Of a DNA stretch of 64,000 bases, positions 29,766 to 38,339 are shown one piece after another. Location: positions 1 through 64,000 of the IMG/VR virus record IMGVR_UViG_2934336660_000001, one strand, 5' to 3'. Below the pieces are notes generated by a model. It worked only from the letters and a program-made list of their open reading frames with translations. It did not search any database and was not told the origin of the DNA. The DNA comes from a virus. Its lineage: Duplodnaviria > Caudoviricetes. Positions within the stretch are counted from its first letter, which is position 1; the number at the start of each line of letters is the position of its first letter. Made by a program: the position numbers and the translations under genes.

Positions 29766-30587
29766 TCAGACGGGCTGCTCCGGCAGGCTGAACCCTTCGC
29801 GCAACAGCCAGTTGCCCAACGCGTCCCCGCCTTCCCTGTCGAGCAGAGACGCCACGTAGCTACCCGGACGGTCGATCGGATTCTCTGACCGCTGCCGCAG
29901 CGCGTCGTAGATGGCGTTCGTGGGGAACGTGCCCCGGTTCCAGTCCTTGACGCCCTGCGACATGATCCGTTCGCCAAGGGTGGCCCGGAAGTCGTCACGG
30001 TCATTGAGGTACCAGTTGCCTCGCTGCTGCGGGATCGTCGGCTGATCGTCCACGGCAGCAGGTTGTGAATCGAAGTCACCCGCCCCGGAAGGAGCGAAGC
30101 GAGTGGAGGGGGAGCGATTCACTTCTGTGCAGGGTCGATCTAGTTCACCTTGATGTAGTTGTGGTTGTTCTAGTTCGTGTGCGCTCTGGCTCACTACGGT
30201 GGTGTGCTGTGGAGCACCAGGGGTGGTGTGCTGTGGAGCACTACCCTCAGCGGCCTCTTTCTTCGGCCAAGAGACGCACAGCAGCGTGTACCGGTTGGTG
30301 TCGTTGACGTTCCTCTGCTCGTTGCGGCGGCACTCTTTCTCGACCAACCCAGTGTCGATCAGCTCCGCGATGTAGCGGTCGACGGCACGAGCGTTCTTGA
30401 GGTTCATCCGCTTGGCGAGGTTGGACCGTGAAGGCCACACGTGCGAGTCGCCACGCTGGTAGTTGATGTGCGTCAGCAGCAGCGCGTACAGGTAGGCGGC
30501 GTTGACGGTCAGCTTTCCTGCCGCAACGAGGTCGAGCAGTTCAACGGGGAGCCGGACGTGTAGGTCCGGGGGAGGGGTGGCGGTCAT
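29766..30587 (-). CDS. Second replication initiator-like wHTH protein
   Basis: LTVNAAYLYALL...VWPSRSNLAKRMNLKNARAVDRYIAELIDTGLV...NRYTL. Confidence 0.75.
   Translation of the reverse strand: MTATPPPDLHVRLPVELLDLVAAGKLTVNAAYLYALLLTHINYQRGDSHVWPSRSNLAKRMNLKNARAVDRYIAELIDTGLVEKECRRNEQRNVNDTNRYTLLCVSWPKKEAAEGSAPQHTTPGAPQHTTVVSQSAHELEQPQLHQGELDRPCTEVNRSPSTRFAPSGAGDFDSQPAAVDDQPTIPQQRGNWYLNDRDDFRATLGERIMSQGVKDWNRGTFPTNAIYDALRQRSENPIDRPGSYVASLLDREGGDALGNWLLREGFSLPEQPV
30198..30241. repeat. Iteron-like 20-bp direct repeat inside rep gene 2
   Basis: GGTGGTGTGCTGTGGAGCAC at 30198 and 30222. Confidence 0.7.
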
Positions 30588-30635
30588 CGCACACCACCGG
30601 GTCGCACAGACGTGCGCAACGAGTAGACTCGTAGG

Positions 30636-30716
30636 CTGGACATGGGTCGCCTCCACGCGGCGATCAGGGCCCGGCGCGAAGGTGCTACCAACACCTGCCG
30701 GGCCCGTTCTGTATTT
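30636..30716 (+). ncRNA. Candidate countertranscribed antisense RNA opposite the rep2 leader
   Basis: TAGACT -10 at 30624, two hairpins, the second with a CTACCAA loop, followed by a T-rich tail. Confidence 0.4.
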
Positions 30717-31074
30717 GTCGTCCCCAATCCTACCGGGTGTCCGGATCTTGCTGACCAACGCCAATGCCCTGACCGGCGGCCGGTATGATCGGCGTGCAGG
30801 GCGCTCCCGGGATGTGCGCTCCGCACCGCCTTACGGCCCCGTCACAAGCGGGGCCGTTCGTGCATCCGGGGGCCGTATCCTGGTTGTGGCTCCGTTCTCA
30901 CTACCGGGAAACCGCACGGCCGAAAGCGACAGCGGGTGAAATCGCCGAACAGGGCGAGAGGTGCGTTCCCGCCGAGGTAGGAGGAGCCGACCCGCACGAC
31001 GAAGCCCCGGCCGTCACCGGTCCGGGGCTTCACTCACCAGCGGCACTTCGCAAGGCGTCCAGCCTGGGGCCGCC

Positions 31075-31266
31075 CTAGGCCAGCCGCATAGTGACGGTGA
31101 CCTCTCCCGTAAACGGGTCTTCGATCGAGTGCTCTGTGGCGTGCCCGACCACCGGACTCGGGTTCACGGCTCGGTGAATCCGCCATGCGACCTCGCCTAC
31201 AAGTTTCAGCTCATCTTCCTCAGCCTGAGGCAGGCGCGGCTCGGGCGGGCCATCCATGGCGTCCAT
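31075..31266 (-). CDS. Small hypothetical protein (MDAMDGPPEPRL...)
   Basis: GATAAT -10-like element just upstream of the ATG; hairpin upstream. Confidence 0.5.
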   Translation of the reverse strand: MDAMDGPPEPRLPQAEEDELKLVGEVAWRIHRAVNPSPVVGHATEHSIEDPFTGEVTVTMRLA

Positions 31267-31369
31267 CTGCTGATTATCGCGCAAGGGGGCAGCAGAAAGC
31301 CCCGGACGCCTGCCGAGGTTCGGCATCCGTCCGGGGCTCAACGCAGCTTTGCAGGGCTGCACCACCAGC

Positions 31370-32773
31370 CTACGGCAGCAGCACGTCCCGCCACCGCCAC
31401 GCCAGTTCGAGACACCCCGCGCCGGCAGGGGCGACCTTCCCCGAGTCGAGTAGCCCGCGCACCCCGTCCTGCGTGAACGCGTACCGCTCGGCGACAACCT
31501 GGCCCTCGTCGTTGCGGTCCACGAAGTCAGCAGCGAGGGAGTCGAACACGTCGGCGTCGACCACCAGCACCGTCAGGATCTCCCCGACCAGGGTCAGCGC
31601 GTCCAACGCAACACCCAGGCAGTGCACCGACAGGCGCCCGTCGGCCCGCGCCTCATCGAGCTGCGCGAACGGCCCCGACGCGTAGTCGACCGGCCGGCCG
31701 TGCCCGTCGCACTCCGGCATGCCCAGCAGTTCCTCGGAGAACTCGCGTTGGATGTTGCGCCACAGGTCGAAGTCCAGGGCGCGGGCGGCGGGCAGGATCG
31801 ACGACGGTTGGAAGATGCCGCTGGGGATGACTTGGAGCATGCCGCCGGCTGCCGCCACGGCGCGTGGATCCCTGCGGTGCATCAAGAACTCAGCGGAGTC
31901 GCCGTCACGGCGGATCGTCAACGTCGAGATGGCGGGCATCACCGGGCGGCGGGCGCACACGAACGGGTTGCCGATCAGCCGCCGGTACGGCAGGTCCCGC
32001 ATGTGCGGGTGTGCCGACGGTTGGCCGTCCGCGTCTAACGCCACGTACGCCAACTCGTGGGCGGTCGGTTCGAACACGTCCACGGCGCTGAAGTAGGTCG
32101 TCTCCCCGAACGACATCGCCCCCGCGCTGGGCGACCAGTCGACGCCGAGCATCCGCCACGACAGGCGATCCTCAAACAACCGCGGCGGCGCCAGGTCCCT
32201 GACGGCACGCGTGTACCGGTCGTACGAGCGGGACAACGTCAGGTCCGGTAGCGACCGAGCTGCCTCCCGCTCCGTCCCATCCAACGCAGGCTCCGGTGCG
32301 CCCGGAACCTTCGTCACGGTGATGTCCGCCAAGTCCACGGGCGCATCCGGGATCCAACCCGGGCCGGCAATCAGTCCGGTGTCGCCCAGGCGGTGCTCCG
32401 GGTACAAGTCGGCGGCCACCTGCGACAGGCGGTGCCGGTTCTGGTTCAGCAGCGTGCGGGTTGCCTTCCACTGGTCCTGCGAGTCGCGCACTCGCGGGTC
32501 CTGCTCGACGTCTGGCATGAAGTCCTCTGCGCTCGACCGTTGACGGGGAAGCAGCGCCGGGCCCGCAGTGATCCCCAGGTCGGCCACAGCCACCCCGAAC
32601 ACCCGCGCCAGCTCGCGCCGATACCGCAAGGAAGGGGGCACCTCGCCCCGCTCCCACCGACCCACATGCGCCTCAGTGACCGCCGGCCCGATCTGGTCGG
32701 CGACGTCCCGCTGCGTCCACGACCGTTCCTCGCGCAGGGCGCGAATCCGGTTCGGTGCGTCAGTGGTGTTCAT
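31370..32773 (-). CDS. XRE-HTH fused to a NUDIX-like domain
   Basis: N-terminal RALREERSWTQRDVADQI...WERG; C-terminal FLMHRRD...QVIPSGIFQP...NIQREFSEELLG. Confidence 0.75.
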   Translation of the reverse strand: MNTTDAPNRIRALREERSWTQRDVADQIGPAVTEAHVGRWERGEVPPSLRYRRELARVFGVAVADLGITAGPALLPRQRSSAEDFMPDVEQDPRVRDSQDQWKATRTLLNQNRHRLSQVAADLYPEHRLGDTGLIAGPGWIPDAPVDLADITVTKVPGAPEPALDGTEREAARSLPDLTLSRSYDRYTRAVRDLAPPRLFEDRLSWRMLGVDWSPSAGAMSFGETTYFSAVDVFEPTAHELAYVALDADGQPSAHPHMRDLPYRRLIGNPFVCARRPVMPAISTLTIRRDGDSAEFLMHRRDPRAVAAAGGMLQVIPSGIFQPSSILPAARALDFDLWRNIQREFSEELLGMPECDGHGRPVDYASGPFAQLDEARADGRLSVHCLGVALDALTLVGEILTVLVVDADVFDSLAADFVDRNDEGQVVAERYAFTQDGVRGLLDSGKVAPAGAGCLELAWRWRDVLLP

Positions 32774-32950
32774 GCTTGCCGCTCCCCGGTGGCTGTCGCA
32801 GCGTCACCCACACACCAGCGTATGACCATCCACCGATCATGCGGGCGGGCTGGTGTGCGGATGGGCTGCTCGTGGCGTTCCTGCGACGTGTCGCCCGGAT
32901 CACGCTGGCATCAGCACGGCAGGCAGTCATCAGGAGGTGAGGGGAGTGCG

Positions 32951-33307
32951 TCAGGTCGGGTCTTCGGAGTCGCCGTGGAAGGCGCGGCGCCGCTCGTCCA
33001 GCAGCCGGATCACGTCGGCTGGGTTGCACTCGCGCTGCGGCTTCTGGGGTGCGCCGGGGATCTTCCGGTGGCCGATCACCCCGGCTTTCACCAGCGTGTG
33101 GACCTTCGTTCGGCCCATGCCGAGCAGGGTGGCAACAGTGCCGGTCTTCAACCACTCGCCAGCACGTACCCGGCGTTCAAGGTCGGCGACCTCGTCTTGT
33201 GGGCGCTTGGCGCGCTGTTCGTCCCCCATCACCACTGCTCTCAGCCGCTGGAATTTGCGGTGAGCGTACCCACCGTTCGAGGTGTTCGCGATCACCGCCG
33301 TGGCCAT
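32951..33307 (-). CDS. Excisionase-like/MerR-type HTH protein divergent from the transfer operon
   Basis: EWLKTGTVATLLGMGRTKVHTLVKAGVI; start may be 33229. Confidence 0.7.
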   Translation of the reverse strand: MATAVIANTSNGGYAHRKFQRLRAVVMGDEQRAKRPQDEVADLERRVRAGEWLKTGTVATLLGMGRTKVHTLVKAGVIGHRKIPGAPQKPQRECNPADVIRLLDERRRAFHGDSEDPT

Positions 33308-33336
33308 TGATGCTCTTCCGCTCCGATCGTGCTAGT

Positions 33337-33403
33337 GTTCAATCTGTTCGCGCAGTTCAATCTGTTCGCAAGTCTGGCACAGGAAAGCCGATAACGCGAA
33401 CAG
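33337..33403. promoter_or_regulatory. Direct repeats GTTCAATCTGTTCGC x2 plus an inverted half-site
   Basis: 33337-33351, 33355-33369; GCGAACAG at 33396. Confidence 0.7.
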
Positions 33404-33424
33404 CCAAAAGCCCAGCCAGAGGAG

Positions 33425-34987
33425 GTGCCGCCGGTGATCGTCAACGCCGTCACGTTCATCCCCGACCCGGGAGAGCCGGTCCGCCCGACCGCGCCCGCAG
33501 CCCCCGTGGCGGCGGACCCGTCGTGGATGGATCAGGCGCTGACATTCGCCGACCAGCACCAGCAGGTCATCGCCATCGCCGCCATCGGCATTGCGAACCT
33601 GATCGCCCTTCGGCTCCTTACCAAGGTCATCCGCCGCAAGAAGGGCACCCCCGCAGTCAGCGAAGGTCGGGTGCGCAAGGCGCTCGTCTACCTGGCTGCC
33701 AGCATCGGCTCCGCGTTCACCCTCACCTCGATGTGGAACGTGTTCGAGCACTCGTTCAACATCGACAACTGGGGCGTGCGGCTCGTCCTCTGCGGTGTCT
33801 TCGAAATCATGATGCTGTCGTCGGCCGTGAACTCGCGGGCGTTCCGCCTGCGTCGGGCCAAGCAGCAAAGCGAGCTGAGCACGCCCACCGAGAGCCCGGC
33901 CGCCACGCCAACCGCTGAGCGACGCGAACTCGATGTCGACGGAATCGCCGTGTGGGTGTTCGCCGCAGTCGCCGGTGTCATCTGCTTCACCGACTCCACC
34001 AACCCCGTCGAAGCGGGCATGCGCGGCTTCCTGCCCCTCGCCGTCGCCTGGATGTGGGAGCGGGCCATCGCAGCCGACCTCCGCACGTTCGCCCGCACCG
34101 TCCGCGACAAGAAGATCAACCTGCGGATCAGCACCGAACGGATCCTCGTCGCCCTCCGCATCGCCGAACCCACCGGGCGGGACGTCAGCGAAGTCGACAA
34201 AGCCCGCTACCGGTCCGCGTTTACGATCGCCGCGTTCAAGCTGCACACCCTGCGCGCCGACAAGGCCCTGCACTGGCGGATCAGCATCGCCCGGTGGAGG
34301 CTGCGCCGAGCCGGCCTCGCCATCATGAAGCGGTCCGGTGTCGCCGAACTGGTGGCCGCCCGCCGGGACGTCGCCACCCTGTACGGCATTGAGGACTTCA
34401 CCGCCCCCGACGCCGTCGGGCACCTCGCCGGATGGCGGGACCGTGTCATCGACGTCACCCCCGCTGACGGTGACACCACCAACGCTACTGACGCCGCCAC
34501 CCTGACGCAGGCACCCGCCCAGTCGCCCGCCGTCACCGGTACCGCCACCAACGCGCCCACCGTGACGCGCCCCGCCGTGACGCCCACCGTCACACAGTCA
34601 GCCGTCAGCGGTGTCATCGTCACCAACACCCCCGCCACCAACGGTCGGGTGCGCCCCCTCAGCCGCGACGTCATTGACGCCGAGTTCGCGTCGTGGACCA
34701 CCCAGCAGGTGGAGGACTACGCCGCGGAACGTGCCCGGCACGTGCTCGCCGAAACCGACAACAAGACGGCTGGGATGCGCGAATACTTCCTGATCTGCCT
34801 GGCCCTGGGCGTCGAGCCGAAAGGCAGCGCCATGGCGAAAGCCGTCGGCGCGTCCGGTGGGTTGGGCCGCGGTAAGGCCATCGAGTGGCATGGGGCGCTG
34901 GCCGTTGATGACGCCGAGTCGGTGCTCCGTGGCGCCCTCGCACGCGTCACCGCTGAGCGCGCCGCTGGGGGTGACGACCGTGACTGA
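33425..34987 (+). CDS. Multi-TM protein resembling actinomycete plasmid spread/transfer proteins
   Basis: About 5 TM helices, Thr/Pro/Val-rich linker, possible C-terminal HTH; GGAGG RBS. Confidence 0.55.
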   Translation: MPPVIVNAVTFIPDPGEPVRPTAPAAPVAADPSWMDQALTFADQHQQVIAIAAIGIANLIALRLLTKVIRRKKGTPAVSEGRVRKALVYLAASIGSAFTLTSMWNVFEHSFNIDNWGVRLVLCGVFEIMMLSSAVNSRAFRLRRAKQQSELSTPTESPAATPTAERRELDVDGIAVWVFAAVAGVICFTDSTNPVEAGMRGFLPLAVAWMWERAIAADLRTFARTVRDKKINLRISTERILVALRIAEPTGRDVSEVDKARYRSAFTIAAFKLHTLRADKALHWRISIARWRLRRAGLAIMKRSGVAELVAARRDVATLYGIEDFTAPDAVGHLAGWRDRVIDVTPADGDTTNATDAATLTQAPAQSPAVTGTATNAPTVTRPAVTPTVTQSAVSGVIVTNTPATNGRVRPLSRDVIDAEFASWTTQQVEDYAAERARHVLAETDNKTAGMREYFLICLALGVEPKGSAMAKAVGASGGLGRGKAIEWHGALAVDDAESVLRGALARVTAERAAGGDDRD

Positions 34988-37219
34988 CCCCGTTACCCGC
35001 ATCGAGCAGGTGCGTCACCCGGCCGTCACCCCGACGCCCGTCACTGCCCCCGTCACGTTGGTCGCCGCTTCCGCGTCGGCCGTCACTGGTGACGCGCCCG
35101 TCACCGTCACCGAGGGAGCCGCACTGCTTCACGACCTGACGCACCTTCCGGCCGACATTCACCGGAACGCGCTCGCGTACCTGCGGGGGCTGTGGCCGGA
35201 GTACCCGAAGACCATGCCGAACCTGATCACCGAACCGGAGGAGGACCCCGATGAGCGTTGACCACCTACCCGCCCGCACCACCACGGTTGCGGCAACTGG
35301 CACCACCGAGATCAACACCGTTGGCGACGAGGCTCCCCCGTCAGCGGGGAAGACGCTGGACCACGCCAACATCCACGCGCACAAGGACTGGCGGCACATC
35401 GCCTCCGAGTGGGTGGGCCTGGCCGCCGCGTTCACCGCCGCCGCCGCGGTCGGCGGAATGGCTACAAACACGCTGCTGGCGGTGTCCCACACCCTGGCCG
35501 TCATCGCGGGCGCGCTGGTCGGTGTGCTGGTGTGGCTGCTCGCCGAGAAGTACCGGGAGGGCCGCCGGTGGGTGTACGCCGAGACCGACGTCCCGTACAA
35601 CGGCGACATGCCCGGAACGCCCTGACCAGTGCAAACGCGAGGAATTCGAGACTCCATGGCATCGAAAATCTATGAGATCAACGTCTTCAAAGATCAGCGG
35701 CCGGTGCGGGACATGCCCGCGTTCCTGTCCGCCGTTGACCTCGAAGACGGCGAAAACACCGAACGCACCCTCAACCAACATCTGCTGGGCGCGGTGCGCC
35801 GCGCCAACGCCCACCGCAGCGACATCCATCGATTCCATCTGGAATTTCGGGACATCGATGCTGGCGGCAAGGCGCGCGGGCCGGTGCTGTTCCGCTGGGT
35901 GATGCCCGCATCGGAGGACGCGTGATGGCCGGGCGGTCTAGGAAACCCGAGGTCAACCGGCAGCAGTGGCATGAGAAGCGGGTCGCCGCTGCCCGCACCC
36001 CCAAGGAAACGCTGTGGGCGCTGTGCCACTGGCTGGTGGCGGAGGCGTTCCACGCCGGACCGGACCAGATCCAGGCCGCGACCGTGATGGTCCGCGACCG
36101 GATCAATGAGCTGACCGAGGCCAGGAAGGAGGCGACCCGATGACGACGACTGTCACCGAGCGTGAAATTCGATCCCCCCACAATGGGCGGATCCCGAAGC
36201 TGGACAGCCCGCCCGCGCCCGCGCGCACGGGCGCGAGGGTACCGGTCACGTTGAGTTTCAGCAAGGCGTGGGCTGCGCTGCGCTCGTCGTGCACCTCATG
36301 GTGGGCGTGGACGTCACGTCCGGCGTCGCTGGCTGACCTGTGGGCAGGGTCCGCCGTCGACTCGAAGCGGATCCCCGCCAACGTCGGCGTGCTGCGCATC
36401 GCCTGGCAGGTGTCGAACTGGACCGACCGTCTGCTTATGTTCGGCCTCATCGCCGTCGCCCCCACCTTCCTGACCGGGCCGCTGCGGTGGCTCGCCACCC
36501 GACCCACCCGACGGTGGGGGTTCTACCTCATCCTCGCGGCGTTCGCCGCCACCTTCGCCCTCGGAAAGGGGTGACCTGCCATGTTCAACGTGGGTATCGG
36601 CTTCGGCCTCGTCATCATCGCCATCACCGCCCAGTTCCTCATCTCGAAGCGACTCAAGCACGCGAAGGTGTCCAAGGCGTTCTCGTGGATTGCGTGGGGT
36701 GGCGCGCTGCTCGGCGGGGTGGGCATGTCCTCGGAGTTCGGCAACGCCGTCGGCATCAGCGCCGGTGGGGCGGCTATCGCCTCGCTGGCGGCGCTGATGT
36801 TCATCATCGTGGACGTCGCGGACCGGCGCCCCGACTGGCCGGCGTTCATCCTCATCTGCCTCGCGCCGACGCTGATGCGGATCTGCGGCGGGCCACTGGG
36901 CAACCTGTACGACGCGGCCCTCACCCCACTCGACGGCATCCTCACGGGGCTGCGCGCCTTCATGGGGATGTGACCAGTGAGCATCCTTCGCAGCAGCGTC
37001 GCCGCGGCAGCCCATCGCTTGGTCTGCGGCACCACCGCAGACCAAGCGCCAGAGGACGGCTGCGTCGGGTATGGCGCCCCGGCTGCCGACGCCTACGTCA
37101 CAACGGGATGCGACCACTGTTCGGCCCCGGGTGAGGGGTTCTGCTGGACGTGCATCGACAGCTCATTGATCAGCCTGGCCGACCTGACTGTCTTCGCAGG
37201 CCGCGAGCGGAAGGAGTAA
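34980..37219 (+). other. Seven small genes of the transfer operon (34980-35261, 35251-35625 2TM, 35656-35925, 35922-36143, 36140-36574 TM, 36581-36973 4TM, 36977-37219 Cys-rich)
   Basis: Overlapping starts/stops, hydrophobic helices. Confidence 0.65.
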
Positions 37220-37222
37220 GAC

Positions 37223-38314
37223 ATGGACCCGATCTCCATCGCCGTGACGGTCCTCGCCATCTACGGCATGTTGCAGCGGTCGCCTCAGTGGGCTGGGGAG
37301 ATGGCCGAGGAGTGGCGGGCCGCCCGCCGAGGTGAGGTGTCCCCGGCTGCTGCGGCCCGCAGACAGCGACTCATCAACGCCGGTGTGGATCCGGCCGCCG
37401 GCGGACCGATGCGCCAGTACGTGGGCAACCGGTGGCGGGAGCACTGGCTTGACGCCGACGCGAAAGCCACCCAAAGGCGCGCCGACCGACTCGACAAGGA
37501 AGCCGCCGGGGAGGTGCTGTCGCGCCGGGAGCGGATGCAGTCGCGCCTGGACGACGAGGTGACCCGCCGCGCCGAGCAGTGGCGTACCCGGGAACCCGGC
37601 GACATTGTGCCGCCGGTGTCCACCAACAAGGGTGGCGACAAGCCGGGGCCTGGCACCCCGGGTGGTGGTGCGCCCTCCCCTTCGAGCGACACCACCCCAC
37701 CGAGCACCCTGCAACCAGCTGCCCGCGGCGGAAGCGCTAACACCCGAACTGACGTCGGAGATCCCGACCCGATCCCCGACGACTTCGACGGCGTGTACAG
37801 CAGCACCGTCCACGACGACGACTACTACACCAACCCGGGCCGCCCTCGGGAGCAGCCGACCACCGCGAACCCCGGTGGCGGCACCAGCGCCACCAACGAC
37901 CGTGACCCGATCCGGGTGGACGCCACCGTCGGCGCCCACGCCCGCAGCAACACCCAACCCGCCGCAACTGCGGCGATCACCGCAGGAGGAACCACCATGT
38001 CCAACGCCGTAGCACAGCAGGCCGTCACCGGTGTCATCTCCGGCGCCGCCGAGGCCCGCGCGATCCAGGCCGCCCTCGCCCGCGCCACCGAGGACTACGT
38101 GGCGCAGCTCAACCGGCTGCGCGCCCGCATCTACTCCCTCGGCGAGCAGACCCTGGGCACCGTCCAGATGTCCGGCAAGTCCCACGTCGTCGCCAACACG
38201 GCCGCCGCCGCTGAGGCCGCCGCCGCGGCGACCGCGAACGCCCGCGCCTGCACCAACGAGGTGGAGCCGCTGCTGGGCAACGTCGCCCGCGCCTTCGACC
38301 GCATCAACAGCTGA
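37223..38314 (+). CDS. Transfer-associated protein: N-terminal TM, Pro-rich linker, helical C-terminal domain
   Basis: AAGGAG RBS; directly upstream of the FtsK ATPase; strong internal RBS+ATG at 37997. Confidence 0.65.
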   Translation: MDPISIAVTVLAIYGMLQRSPQWAGEMAEEWRAARRGEVSPAAAARRQRLINAGVDPAAGGPMRQYVGNRWREHWLDADAKATQRRADRLDKEAAGEVLSRRERMQSRLDDEVTRRAEQWRTREPGDIVPPVSTNKGGDKPGPGTPGGGAPSPSSDTTPPSTLQPAARGGSANTRTDVGDPDPIPDDFDGVYSSTVHDDDYYTNPGRPREQPTTANPGGGTSATNDRDPIRVDATVGAHARSNTQPAATAAITAGGTTMSNAVAQQAVTGVISGAAEARAIQAALARATEDYVAQLNRLRARIYSLGEQTLGTVQMSGKSHVVANTAAAAEAAAAATANARACTNEVEPLLGNVARAFDRINS

Positions 38315-38339
38315 CCCGCACCACGACGAGGAGGACGCC

